Source: Nemertoderma westbladi
Lineage: Eukaryota; Animalia; Xenacoelomorpha
Assembly: GCA_032718475.1 (NCBI GenBank)
Contig: JAUCBJ010008119.1
Coordinates: forward strand, 1-55,616
Direction of reading: 5' to 3'
Length of the DNA: 55,616 nt
Below the pieces are notes generated by a model. The model ran no database searches, had not been told where the DNA came from, and was given only the letters and a program-made list of their open reading frames with translations. Shown in pieces: positions 1-12,632 of the stretch (positions are counted from its first letter, which is position 1; the number at the start of each line of letters is the position of its first letter). Both the position numbers and the translations under genes were made by a program.

Positions 1-3000
1 AACACCAGGTGTATATGGAAGGAGCTCAGCTAGGTTAGTGTACCAGTTAGTGTACCAGTTGTATATGGAAGGAGCTCAGCTAGGTTAGTGTACCAGGTTG
101 TGTACCAGTTGTATATGGAAGGAGCTCAGCTAGGTTAGTGTACCAGGTTGTGTACCAGTTGTATATGGAAGGAGCTCAGCTAGGTTAGTGTACCAGGTTG
201 TGTACCAGTTGTATATGGAAGGAGCTCAGCTAGGTTAGTGTACCAGGTTGTGTACCAGTTGTATATGGAAGGAGCTCAGCTAGGTTAGTGTACCAGGTTG
301 TGTACCAGTTGCATATGGAAGGAGCTCAGCTAGGTTAGTGTACCAGGTTGTGTACCAGTTGTATATGGAAGGAGCTCAGCTAGGTTAGTGTACCAGGTTG
401 TGTACCAGTTGTATATGGAAGGAGCTCAGCTAGGTTAGTGTACCAGTTTGTGTACCAGTTGTATATGGAAGGAGCTCAGCTAGGTTAGTGTACCAGGTGT
501 ATATGGAAGGAGCTCAGCTAGGTTAGTGTACCAGTTAGTGTACCAGTTGTATATGGAAGGAGCTCAGCTGGGTGAGTGTACCAGTTAGTGTACCAGTTGT
601 ATATGGAAGGAGCTCAGCTAGGTTAGTGTACCAGGTTGTGTACCAGTTGTATATGGAAGGAGCTCAGCTAGGTTAGTGTACCAGGTTGTGTACCAGTTGT
701 ATATGGAAGGAGCTCAGCTAGGTTAGTGTACCAGTTGTGTACCAGTTGTATATGGAAGGAGCTCAGCTAGGTTAGTGTACCAGTTGTGTACCAGTTGTAT
801 ATGGAAGGAGCTCAGCTAGGTTAGTGTACCAGTTTGTGTACCAGTTGTATATGGAAGGAGCTCAGCTAGGTTAGTGTACCAGTTGTGTACCAGTTGTATA
901 TGGAAGGAGCTCAGCTAGGTTAGTGTACCAGTTGTATATGGAAGGAGCTCAGCTAGGTTAGTGTACCAGTTAGTGTACCAGTTGTATATGGAAGGAGCTC
1001 AGCTAGGTTAGTGTACCAGTTAGTGTACCAGTTGTATATGGAAGGAGCTCAGCTAGGTTAGTGTACCAGTTGTATATGGTAGGAGCTCAGCTAGGTTAGT
1101 GTACCAGTTTGTGTACCAGTTGTATATGGAAGGAGCTCAGCTAGGTTAGTGTACCAGTTTGTGTACCAGTTGTATATGGAAGGAGCTCAGCTAGGTTAGT
1201 GTACCAGTTAGTGTACCAGTTGTATATGGAAGGAGCTCAGCTAGGTTAGTGTACCAGTTAGTGTACCAGTTGTATATGGAAGGAGCTCAGCTAGGTTAGT
1301 GTACCAGTTTGTGTACCAGTTGTATATGGAAGGAGCTCAGCTAGGTTAGTGTACCAGTTAGTGTACCAGTTGTATATGGAAGGAGCTCAGCTAGGTTAGT
1401 GTACCAGTTAGTGTACCAGTTGTATATGGAAGGAGCTCAGCTGGGTGAGTGTACCAGTTAGTGTACCAGTTGTATATGGAAGGAGCTCAGCTAGTGTACC
1501 AGTTAGTGTACCAGTTGTATATGGAAGGAGCTCAGCTAGGTTAGTGTACCAGTTAGTGTACCAGTTGTATATGGAAGGAGCTCAGCTAGGTTAGTGTACC
1601 AGTTTGTGTACCAGTTGTATATGGAAGGAGCTCAGCTAGGTTAGTGTACCAGTTTGTGTACCAGTTGTATATGGAAGGAGCTCAGCTAGGTTAGTGTACC
1701 AGTCGTGTATATGGAAGGAGCTCAGCTAGGTTAGTGTACCAGTTTGTGTACCAGTTGTATATGGAAGGAGCTCAGCTAGGTTAGTGTACCAGGCCTTGTA
1801 TATGGAAGGAGCTCAGCTAGGTTAGTGTACCAGTTAGTGTACCAGTTGTATATGGAAGGAGCTCAGCTAGGTTAGTGTACCAGTTTGTGTACCAGTTGTA
1901 TATGGAAGGAGCTCAGCTAGGTTAGTGTACCAGGTTGTATATGGAAGGAGCTCAGCTAGGTTAGTGTACCAGTTAGTGTACCAGTTGTATATGGAAGGAG
2001 CTCAGCTAGGTTAGTGTACCAGTTTGTGTACCAGTTGTATATGGAAGGAGCTCAGCTAGGTTAGTGTACCAGTTTGTGTACCAGTTGTATATGGAAGGAG
2101 CTCAGCTAGGTTAGTGTACCAGTTAGTGTACCAGTTGTATATGGAAGGAGCTCAGCTAGGTTAGTGTACCAGTTAGTGTACCAGTTGTATATGGAAGGAG
2201 CTCAGCTAGGTTAGTGTACCAGTTGTGTACCAGTTGTATATGGAAGGAGCTCAGCTAGGTTAGTGTACCAGTTAGTGTACCAGTTGTATATGGAAGGAGC
2301 TCAGCTAGGTTAGTGTACCAGTTGTATATGGAAGGAGCTCAGCTAGGTTATTGTACCAGTTGTGTACCAGTTGTATATGGAAGGAGCTCAGCTAGGTTAG
2401 TGTACCAGTTGTATATGGAAGGAGCTCAGCTAGGTTAGTGTACCAGTTTGTGTACCAGTTGTATATGGAAGGAGCTCAGCTAGGTTAGTGTACCAGTTGT
2501 ATATGGAAGGAGCTCAGCTAGGTTAGTGTACCAGTTAGTGTACCAGTTGTATATGGAAGGAGCTCAGCTAGGTTATTGTACCAGTTTGTGTACCAGTTGT
2601 ATATGGAAGGAGCTCAGCTAGGTTAGTGTACCAGTTGTATATGGAAGGAGCTCAGCTAGGTTAGTGTACCAGTTAGTGTACCAGTTGTATATGGAAGGAG
2701 CTCAGCTAGGTTATTGTACCAGTTTGTGTACCAGTTGTATATGGAAGGAGCTCAGCTAGGTTAGTGTACCAGTTTGTGTACCAGTTGTATATGGAAGGAG
2801 CTCAGCTAGGTTAGTGTACCAGTTAGTGTACCAGTTGTATATGGAAGGAGCTCAGCTAGGTTATTGTACCAGTTTGTGTACCAGTTGTATATGGAAGGAG
2901 CTCAGCTAGGTTAGTGTACCAGGTTGTGTACCAGTTGTATATGGAAGGAGCTCAGCTAGGTTAGTGTACCAGGTTGTGTACCAGTTGTATATGGAAGGAG

Positions 3001-6000
3001 CTCAGCTAGGTTAGTGTACCAGTTTGTGTACCAGTTGTATATGGAAGGAGCTCAGCTAGGTTAGTGTACCAGTTTGTGTACCAGTTGTATATGGAAGGAG
3101 CTCTGCTAGGTTAGTGTACCGGTTGTATATGGAAGGAGCTCAGCTAGGTTAGTGTACCAGTTTGTGTACCAGTTGTATATGGAAGGAGCTCAGCTAGGTT
3201 AGTGTACCAGGTTGTGTACCAGTTGTATATGGAAGGAGCTCAGCTAGGTTAGTGTACCAGTTAGTGTACCAGTTGTATATGGAAGGAGCTCAGCTAGGTT
3301 AGTGTACCAGTTGTATATGGAAGGAGCTCAGCTAGGTTAGTGTACCAGTTGTATATGGAAGGAGCTCAGCTAGGTTAGTGTACCAGTTTGTGTACCAGTT
3401 GTATATGGAAGGAGCTCAGCTAGGTTAGTGTACCAGTTTGTGTACCAGTTGTATATGGAAGGAGCTCAGCTAGGTTAGTGTACCAGTTGTATATGGAAGG
3501 AGCTCAGCTAGGTTAGTGTACCAGTTGTATATGGAAGGAGCTCAGCTAGGTTAGTGTACCAGTTTGTGTACCAGTTGTATATGGAAGGAGCTCAGCTGGG
3601 TTAGTGTACCAGTTAGTGTACCAGTTAGTGTACCAGTTGTATATGGAAGGAGCTCAGCTAGGTTATTGTACCAGTTAGTGTACCAGTTGTATATGGAAGG
3701 AGCTCAGCTAGGGTATTGTGCCAGTTTGTGTACCAGTTGTATATGGAAGGAGCTCAGCTGGGTGAGTGTACCAGTTTGTGTACCAGTTGTATATGGAAGG
3801 AGCTCAGCTAGGTTAGTGTACCAGTTTGTGTACCAGTTGTATATGGAAGGAGCTCAGCTAGGTTAGTGTACCAGTTGTGTACCAGTTGTATATGGAAGGA
3901 GCTCAGCTAGGTTAGTGTACCAGTTTGTGTACCAGTTGTATATGGAAGGAGCTCAGCTAGGTTAGTGTACCAGTTAGTGTACCAGTTGTATATGGAAGGA
4001 GCTCAGCTAGGTTAGTGTACCAGTTAGTGTACCAGTTGTATATGGAAGGAGCTCAGCTAGGTTATTGTACCAGTTAGTGTGCCAGTTGTATATGGAAGGA
4101 GCTCAGCTAGGTTAGTGTACCAGTTTGTGTACCAGTTGTATATGGAAGGAGCTCAGCTAGGTTAGTGTACCAGTTTGTGTACCAGTTGTATATGGAAGGA
4201 GCTCAGCTGGGTGAGTGTACCAGTTAGTGTACCAGTTGTATATGGAAGGAGCTCAGCTGGGTGAGTGTACCAGTTTGTGTACCAGTTGTATATGGAAGGA
4301 GCTCAGCTAGGTTAGTGTACCAGTTTGTGTACCAGTTGTATATGGAAGGAGCTCAGCTGGGTGAGTGTACCAGTTTGTGTACCAGTTGTATATGGAAGGA
4401 GCTCAGCTAGGTTAGTGTACCAGTTAGTGTACCAGTTGTATATGGAAGGAGCTCAGCTAGGTTATTGTACCAGTTAGTGTACCAGTTGTATATGGAAGGA
4501 GCTCAGCTAGGTTAGTGTACCAGTTTGTGTACCAGTTGTATATGGAAGGAGCTCAGCTAGGTTAGTGTACCAGTTGTGTACCAGTTGTATATGGAAGGAG
4601 CTCAGCTAGGTTAGTGTACCAGTTTGTGTACCAGTTGTATATGGAAGGAGCTCAGCTAGGTTATTGTACCAGTTAGTGTGCCAGTTGTATATGGAAGGAG
4701 CTCAGCTAGGTTAGTGTACCAGTTTGTGTACCAGTTGTATATGGAAGGAGCTCAGCTAGGTTAGTGTACCAGTTTGTGTACCAGTTGTATATGGAAGGAG
4801 CTCAGCTAGGTTAGTGTACCAGTTTGTGTACCAGTTGTATATGGAAGGAGCTCAGCTAGGTTAGTGTACCAGTTGTATATGGAAGGAGCTCAGCTAGGTT
4901 TAGTGTACCAGTTGTATATGGAAGGAGCTCAGCTAGGTTAGTGTACCAGTTGTGTACCAGTTGTATATGGAAGGAGCTCAGCTAGGTTAGTGTACCAGTT
5001 TGTGTACCAGTTGTATATGGAAGGAGCTCAGCTAGGTTAGTGTACCAGTTTGTGTACCAGTTGTATATGGAAGGAGCTCAGCTAGGTTAGTGTACCAGTT
5101 GTATATGGAAGGAGCTCAGCTAGGTTAGTGTACCAGTTGTATATGGAAGGAGCTCAGCTAGGTTAGTGTACCAGTTTGTGTACCAGTTGTATATGGAAGG
5201 AGCTCAGCTAGGTTAGTGTACCAGGTTGTGTACCAGTTGTATATGGAAGGAGCTCAGCTAGGTTAGTGTACCAGTTTGTGTACCAGTTGTATATGGAAGG
5301 AGCTCAGCTAGGTTAGTGTACCAGTTTGTGTACCAGTTGTATATGGAAGGAGCTCAGCTAGGTTAGTGTACCAGTTTGTGTACCAGTTGTATATGGAAGG
5401 AGCTCAGCTAGGTTAGGACAGTTGTGTACCAGTTGTATATGGAAGGAGCTCAGCTAGGTTAGTGTACCAGTTAGTGTACCAGTTGTATATGGAAGGAGCT
5501 CAGCTAGGTTAGTGTACCAGTTAGTGTACCAGTTGTATATGGAAGGAGCTCAGCTAGGTAGTGTACCAGTTAGTGTACCAGTTGTATATGGAAGGAGCTC
5601 AGCTAGGTTAGGTACCAGGTTGTGTACCAGTTGTATATGGAAGGAGCTCAGCTAGGTTAGTGTACCAGTTTGTGTACCAGTTGTATATGGAAGGAGCTCA
5701 GCTAGGTTAGTGTACCAGTTAGTGTACCAGTTGTATATGGAAGGAGCTCAGCTAGGTTAGTGTACCAGTTTGTGTACCAGTTGTATATGGAAGGAGCTCA
5801 GCTAGGTTAGTGTACCAGTTTGTGTACCAGTTGTATATGGAAGGAGCTCAGCTAGGTTAGTGTACCAGTTAGTGTACCAGTTGTATATGGAAGGAGCTCA
5901 GCTAGGTTAGTGTACCAGTTTGTGTACCAGTTGTATATGGAAGGAGCTCAGCTAGGTTAGTGTACCAGGTTAGTGTACCAGTTGTATATGGAAGGAGCTC

Positions 6001-6234
6001 AGCTAGGTTAGTGTACCAGTTAGTGTACCAGTTGTATATGGAAGGAGCTCAGCTAGGTTAGTGTACCAGTTGTATATGGAAGGAGCTCAGCTAGGTTAGT
6101 GTACCAGTTGTGTACCAGTTGTATATGGAAGGAGCTCAGCTAGGTTAGTGTACCAGTTTGTGTACCAGTTGTATATGGAAGGAGCTCAGCTAGGTTAGTG
6201 TACCAGTTAGTGTACCAGTTGTATATGGAAGGAG
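1..6234. repeat. Minisatellite array, left arm: 51-bp unit GTATATGGAAGGAGCTCAGCTAGGTTAGTGTACCAGTT(A/T)GTGTACCAGTT, with 39-bp variants lacking one 12-bp subunit
   Basis: Directly visible tandem repeat; runs off the window start and stops mid-unit after GGAAGGAG at 6234. Confidence 0.99.
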
Positions 6235-6852
6235 ATTTTAGATTATCGCGCAAACGCGCGCAGCACCAGTCTAGCTGGCATTTATTCAAACAGTAAAAAC
6301 TTAAAAATCATCAAAACATTAAAACCGCATTGAAAGTGAAGGTTAAAATGTACAGTAATAAAATGGTAGGTAAGTTACCGTTAAATGGGGTTACACAGCA
6401 CGGCATTCTAAATGCACCCAAAACCAAAAAGCATCACGTCTTTTCCCTACCCTAATTGTGAAGTGACATTAAAACCACAAATATCAGGATATATAATAGA
6501 CCTCGTGTACTAAAATCCTGCTAGGTTTAAAATTAAACAATTGAATCAAACAAAATCAAACATAACACGATCAAAATCGAGAAATCTGCACTGGGTACTG
6601 GGTAGACTCCTACTAGATTTACATTTAGAAACCCGAGAAATCTGCACTGGGTACTGGGTGGGTAGTCTCCTACCGCTAAAATGCACGACATACTGTATGG
6701 AACCCAAGATCGCGAAAATACAGAGGGTAAATCTCCTTAGATCTAGAAACTGCACAAGTACAGGGTAATCTACTTGGTTTACATAACAAAATAGGCTACT
6801 AAGTGCACGACATGATGCAACTTAAAATGGAAAATTGACAGGCTATCATATC

Positions 6853-7001
6853 TCATAATTCAAATATTCTGAAATATTCTTTTATGTGCTTATGCTTTGA
6901 ACGAAAAGATACACCTGGTATTGAAAAAGTGTTTGAAATAAAATTAGCTGACATTTGAGAAACTGCTGAGACTTCTGGGGGAGATAGTCGTTCCTTAAGC
7001 G

Positions 7002-7002
<1 letters not shown>
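6853..7002 (-). CDS. Displaced C-terminal 49 codons of the RTE-X-like ORF2 (SLKERLSPPEVSAVSQMSANFISNTFSIPGVSFRSKHKHIKEYFRIFEL*)
   Basis: Hand translation of the minus strand; joins in frame to ...CHKSL of ORF2 across the AGCGAT duplication (6998-7003 and 16542-16547). Confidence 0.75.

Positions 7003-7003
<1 letters not shown>

Positions 7004-7035
<32 letters not shown>
7004..7035 (-). repeat. (ATTG)n microsatellite tail of the CR1-group LINE
   Basis: (CAAT)n on the + strand directly next to the target duplication; short-repeat tails are typical of CR1/L2-group elements. Confidence 0.85.
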
Positions 7036-7165
7036 GTATATTTTAACCCATATGATAATTTATAGATATATGCACATGTTACTTCAATATATAAATATAA
7101 TACAGTATATATGCATTTACATGATAATAAGTGCACTTTTTTAAGGAGAAATTCGAATGGGTTTG

Positions 7166-7203
7166 GAGGGCAGCCAAATAGCGTAGCTAGTGGACGGCTG
7201 CTC
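7166..7203 (-). other. 3'-UTR stem-loop of the CR1-group LINE (GAGCAGCC...CACTAGCTACGCTAT...GGCTGCCC)
   Basis: Complementary arms visible ~130 nt upstream of the tail, where L2/CR1-group RT-recognition hairpins usually lie. Confidence 0.55.
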
Positions 7204-7696
7204 ACCAGAAAAGGTACATGGCTTGAAGTAATATCGGTTGTGGGGTTGGGGGGGGGGGGGGGGGGGGGGGTAAGTGTAATAGAGTAGAATGTAGTAAGTG
7301 TAGTAAGTGTTAGAAAATAGTAAGCGGTGATAGGGTAGAGCCATATATTAGCCTTTTGAATAAGATTTAGATTTAGTATAAGTTGTAATGGCGTAGATGG
7401 AAGTGAGTTAAAGTAGTAGATCACTGAGATTTATATTTTATAGTTATTAATATATATCTTGTCAATGTGTCACCAAGGTCAAGGTATCACGCGATTTGAA
7501 AGGGGTACATCTAGGGGGGTGGTGCAAATACTGGTATTGATAGGACAACGATTACAATTAAAACACAATACAGTTCATTTCATTTATGTGGTCTAAGCCA
7601 ACTTCTACATGGACCTACGAATAGATGTTTGTATATATTAATATATATCCTGATTGAACACATATACATATCTTGATTGAACATGCACACATATAC

Positions 7697-7727
<31 letters not shown>

Positions 7728-7965
7728 TATATATATATATATACACATACATACACACACACACATACACATATATATATACACCAGCACACACATACAC
7801 GAATTTATACATATAGATTGATAATATCTTGATTGGGTATCTATACATTTTGATAGTATATATATATATATATATACACATACACACATGCATACACACA
7901 CACACACACACACACATTGACTGAATATATATATGTTTTATTTTAATATACATAATGATATATAG

Positions 7966-8884
7966 GTGACCCCGCGCCCGAGCAGAAACATTAACCATCC
8001 ACGTGGCTATTACGTGGCCTATATGTAATAAATATATACGTGACCCCGCGCCCGGGTGGAAACATTGACCAGTGCCGTGGCTGTTAGATGACCTGTAGTC
8101 ACCTTCCTTCCAAAGTATCCACGAGTGAACGGATATATGTGTAAAGTATTCACTATTTAATAATTTATTCCCATATAGTTATATTCAATCATGCTATATG
8201 TGCATATATACACCATTATATCCACACACACAGTCACATCAACCTAACACACAATAATATATATATGTTAAATATATATGCACCCGTGCTCAGATGTAAA
8301 CATAACCAATGACATGATTGGTAGGTTACTCTAAGGCACCTTCATGAGTCTTTATACAATAATATACGTGACCCCGCGCCCGGGTGGAAACATTTACAAG
8401 TGACATGGTACTTAGGTAACGTGAAGACACACACAAATATATATATATATATACATACACACAGTTATATATATTCAACTCATTCATATATTAAGTATAT
8501 ATTACAAACGCGCACTTATCCATCCAATTCGACATACAATTATATACATAATAAATATATACGTGTCCCCGCGCCCGGGTGGAATCATTATAGCATTAAC
8601 CAATGATATGGTGGTTAGGTAACTTAAAGACACGGATATACGTACATGCACTGTTTATATATTCCTACATAGCTAGACTCACTCAGATAATAAATATAGC
8701 TATGTATGAATATTACGAAACACGCACGTACACCTCTATTACAACATACGATTTATATACAGTAATAATAATAATACTAATATAATAAAAAATAATATTA
8801 TTTTAATATTTCTATATTATTCTTTTTTAATAATATTTAATAATAATAAATATATACGTGACCCCGCGCCCGGGTGAAAACATT
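7966..8884. repeat. Five to six dispersed copies of a GC-rich motif ATATACGTGACCCCGCGCCCGGGTGGAAACATT separated by (TA)/(CA)-rich spacers
   Basis: Copies near 7966, 8035, 8362, 8557 and 8852, plus a degenerate copy near 8280. Confidence 0.85.
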
Positions 8885-9159
8885 ACCCAAATTCTAAATG
8901 TTAGAAATACACTCAACTAGGGGCAATTAAATATACACGCATACACATATATATACACCAATATAACATTCATACATACACAAATGATATGATATATAAA
9001 TGAATTACAATCGACACACATATACACATACACACATGTATATATACAATATATATACACACACATACATATATACCCACACACACATATATATATAAAT
9101 AATATATTTTGCGTCATGCATACAATTTAGTTAGGCGTACAGTTATACCGTAGTTGCTA

Positions 9160-12100
9160 TTATTCATATTTTAGTAATTCATGCTTCAGAAGTTTAAGAA
9201 ACACAGGTTTACTCTTGATTTCCCTATAAGAGATTGCTAGACTGTTCCAAAGTCGAGGTCCTTGAAAAGACAGTGATTGCTCAGCAACCTTCAGACGGAC
9301 TTTAGGAGGATGAAATAGACCACTGGCTGCAAAGCGTGTGTTGTGGGAGTGGATCTCAGATGCCTTACGGAATAGCGGTGTCAGAGGAGTGGAAATATTA
9401 TTATATACGTCAAACATTACTTTACAAACCTCATATTTATATAACTGTTCTAAGGGGAGGATATTTAGTTGTTGGTAAAGCGGGAGCGATGATGATTGCC
9501 AGTGACTGAAGGTAATTGCTCGTAGAACTTTATTTACTTTGACTCGTATGGGTTTCAACATCGTGGATGAAGTGCTACCCCAGATAACGATAGCATATTG
9601 TATATATGGATGAATAAGTGCAAAGAACAACATACGTAAGATATGAAGTGGAAAGATTTTTCGAAGCCTATAAAATATTCCTGCAGATTTGGAAATCTTT
9701 TTCAATATGTAAGCTATGTGCTCTTTAAAGTTAAGTTTACTATCAATTAAAACTCCAAGGTATTTTGTGTAGCTAACTTTGGAAATTTCTGCACCTTTAA
9801 TTTTTACTTTGGGCAGAGAATCCTGGGAGAGTGTTGAGTTAGAGAATAATGTATATTCTGTTTTCTTGAGATTGAGTGAAAGTTTATTATCAATTAACCA
9901 ATCTACAATGTCATTTATATCGTGGTTTACGGAGGAAATTAATTCTGGTAAGTTATTTAAATGTTTAATTAGACTTGTATCATCAGCAAAAAGGGTTGTC
10001 AAGAAGGATGTGGCGTTTGGGAGGTCGTTTACATAAATCAGGAACAAGATCGGTCCAAGGATCGATCCCTGTGGTATTCCACAAAGTATTGGTTGTAGTG
10101 ATGAGTTGAATCCATCCAGTGTTACAAATTGTGCACGATTAGATAAGTAGTCAGAAAATAATTGCAGAGGAATCCCCCTGACTCCATAGCTTTTCAGTTT
10201 ATTGATTAGGATGGCGTGATCCAGCGTGTCAAACGCTTTTTTAAGATCAATGAAAATAGTACAAGCTGACAATTTATTATCGAGAAAATCACGCAGCTTT
10301 TCTACAATATCGAGAATTGCATACGACGTAGTGTATTTTTTCCTAAAGCCGTACTGGTTACTATTTAGTATGAGGTACTTATCTAAATATGAAGCTAGCT
10401 GGACATATATTATACGCTCGTATAATTTACTCATAACTGGTAATAGTGAGATTGGACGGTAATTAGTTGTAAAACGCGGATCACCAGATTTATAGGCAGG
10501 TATTACTTGTGCTTGCTTGAGCGAATTTGGAAAAAAACCATTTACAATGCTTATATTTATTAATTCCGAGATATGTTCACTCAAAATACGAGCAGCCAGC
10601 TTTATAAGTTTGATTGGGCATTTATCATTTGTAGCTGAGGCTTCTTTTATGTCTAAGATAAAATATTGCACCTCAACCGGTGTCGTTTTTATAAGTGCAA
10701 AGGAGTTCGATTTTTTATGCCTAATATGTCGCAGAGGACAACGGGGAGATATGGGAATTTCATTGGAGAGAGAAGGACCTATAGAAGTGAAAAATTTATT
10801 AAATATTTCGGCAATATCACCTGGTTCAGTGATCAATGACTCAATGTTACCATCAGACACGGATATTTTACGTGGAATGGATTTTTTCGGTGCTCGACCA
10901 AGAGCAGTATTTATAGTACGCCAAGTTTTCCGCATATTTGATTTATTTTTATCAAATTGTGATGTATAATAATCCCGTTCCGCGCTCCTTAATATTGTTG
11001 TAAGTTTATTTCTATATGTTTTATATATTAAATGGTTTTTCGGGGTTTGTTTATGAACGTATTTCGCATATAAGTTATTTTTTTTATTGATTGACTTTAC
11101 CAGTGATTGGGTAAGCCAGGGTTTATGAGGCACCAGTTTTTTTGGAATTTTTTTGCGTGGGGCATGTTTTTGACATATTGCATCTAAATTTGAATAAAAT
11201 ATATCAAAGCGATCTCTCAACTGATTATTCGCGTTATTATAGGTCCACGTGTCAATGTCTGACAAATCAGCTAAAAATGTTGTATGATCAAAATTTGAAT
11301 AATCATAAATAAAGTTCGTAGTATCAGGCCTGAAATAATTAGAATAATCTGTTAAGATCACGAATGTCGGTAAGTGATCGGCAATTTCTGTTAGGAAAAC
11401 ACCCTCATTAGATATCGATGTATTAATATTGGTTATGACATGGTCAAGCAGAGATGGTGGAGAACTTTTAATGCGAGTTGGCTTTGTAATGACCTGCTTA
11501 AAACCGTTTGAGTTTATGGTTTGAAGGTAATTAAGAGTTAAATTACAAGGTTTTTTTAAATTGATGTTCATGTCACCTGTAATGATCACGTCATAGCCTT
11601 TATCAGCTAGCATGGATAGTAAGTTATCCAAATCATCGATAAAATTATTACGGTCAACTGTTTGGGAAACATACATACATCCTATTATTAGAGGTTTATT
11701 TGGATGGGGACGTTTTACTTCGATCCAGCAATTCTCAGGTCCCGATATTCGTAAATCAGTACGTTCAATAAAATCGAACTCATCTCGAATGAAAATTGCA
11801 GTGCCGCCTCGTTTTGTGTCACGCCTATCCTGTGAGACCAACTCATAACCTGGAAAAGTAATTTCTGAGGGGTCCGAAGAAGTGCTCATAAATGTTTCAG
11901 AAAATGTCAACACATCGAAATCACTCGACAGAGTTTGGAAAAAATTTGATATTTCACACTTGTGTGTTGGTAGGCTTTGGCTATTGACATGAAAAACCGA
12001 GAACGACTTAGAGTTCTCTAAGTTACCGAATTCTTTATTAAAAGTATCAGCTGTGTGATAACCCCGCGAAATATTGTTATTATCTAAATTTATGTCCGGA

Positions 12101-12396
12101 TCAATATCATTGAATGGAGAGTTAGATAGATCGTCATCGAAGTTTAAATTACAATGGGTAGACGAATCACCAAATATATCGTCATCATCACTATTAACAT
12201 ATCCAAAAGGAAACAGTTCCAAATAACAGTAAATGCACCACAGACCACCAACCGTGCTCAAATAGGTATCCACCTCGCTTTGGGTGAGACATGTGCCACA
12301 TTGTGAGTGATATGTGAAGCCACAAAGCTCACAATGCAATTTACAATCTGAATTAGTGAACACAGAAAAGCAAAAATCACAGTGAAGATTGTCCAT
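9160..12396 (-). CDS. LINE ORF2: N-terminal PHD finger, apurinic-like endonuclease, reverse transcriptase (1078 aa, intact)
   Basis: PHD-like CDFC...CELC...HSQC...CIYC; APE motifs HVNSQSL, FSETF, GGTAIFI, GDMNIN, LLDH, DHLP; RT motifs NYRPISLL, DLKKAFD, PQGSILGP, FADD, YLG. Confidence 0.97.
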   Translation of the reverse strand: MDNLHCDFCFSVFTNSDCKLHCELCGFTYHSQCGTCLTQSEVDTYLSTVGGLWCIYCYLELFPFGYVNSDDDDIFGDSSTHCNLNFDDDLSNSPFNDIDPDINLDNNNISRGYHTADTFNKEFGNLENSKSFSVFHVNSQSLPTHKCEISNFFQTLSSDFDVLTFSETFMSTSSDPSEITFPGYELVSQDRRDTKRGGTAIFIRDEFDFIERTDLRISGPENCWIEVKRPHPNKPLIIGCMYVSQTVDRNNFIDDLDNLLSMLADKGYDVIITGDMNINLKKPCNLTLNYLQTINSNGFKQVITKPTRIKSSPPSLLDHVITNINTSISNEGVFLTEIADHLPTFVILTDYSNYFRPDTTNFIYDYSNFDHTTFLADLSDIDTWTYNNANNQLRDRFDIFYSNLDAICQKHAPRKKIPKKLVPHKPWLTQSLVKSINKKNNLYAKYVHKQTPKNHLIYKTYRNKLTTILRSAERDYYTSQFDKNKSNMRKTWRTINTALGRAPKKSIPRKISVSDGNIESLITEPGDIAEIFNKFFTSIGPSLSNEIPISPRCPLRHIRHKKSNSFALIKTTPVEVQYFILDIKEASATNDKCPIKLIKLAARILSEHISELINISIVNGFFPNSLKQAQVIPAYKSGDPRFTTNYRPISLLPVMSKLYERIIYVQLASYLDKYLILNSNQYGFRKKYTTSYAILDIVEKLRDFLDNKLSACTIFIDLKKAFDTLDHAILINKLKSYGVRGIPLQLFSDYLSNRAQFVTLDGFNSSLQPILCGIPQGSILGPILFLIYVNDLPNATSFLTTLFADDTSLIKHLNNLPELISSVNHDINDIVDWLIDNKLSLNLKKTEYTLFSNSTLSQDSLPKVKIKGAEISKVSYTKYLGVLIDSKLNFKEHIAYILKKISKSAGIFYRLRKIFPLHILRMLFFALIHPYIQYAIVIWGSTSSTMLKPIRVKVNKVLRAITFSHWQSSSLPLYQQLNILPLEQLYKYEVCKVMFDVYNNISTPLTPLFRKASEIHSHNTRFAASGLFHPPKVRLKVAEQSLSFQGPRLWNSLAISYREIKSKPVFLKLLKHELLKYE

Positions 12397-12632
12397 AGCG
12401 TTAGTTTAGTAGATTTGAGTAGGGTAGGCGGTAGGGGTAGAGAGAGAGAGTGAGGGGTGGGGGTGGGGGTGGGGGGTAGTTTTTTTGTAGTCGCCGGATC
12501 AAATAAGTGAACGGGGACACTCCGTAGACAAGTAGTGTTGTTTACCGGAGAATCTACAGCACTAGACAGAAGTAATACAATAATTAAAATGCCCAATACC
12601 AATATCCCAACCATGCATTATCCTAACAAAAT

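Noticed and set aside
3564-3866. ORFs in the 51-bp satellite (also 34049-34231)
   Set aside because: Chance loss of stop codons in repeat variants
6578-6658. 25-bp direct repeat CGAGAAATCTGCACTGGGTACTGGG
   Set aside because: Local duplication in the LINE 3' UTR with no evidence of a separate element
7023-9117. Short ORFs rich in Y, I, C and V
   Set aside because: Translations of TA/CA microsatellites in the LINE 3' UTR
12258-12614. 118-aa ORF with a signal-peptide-like start overlapping ORF2, considered as a 2A-like leader
   Set aside because: No DxExNPGP motif, different frame from ORF2, low-complexity middle; cannot be supported
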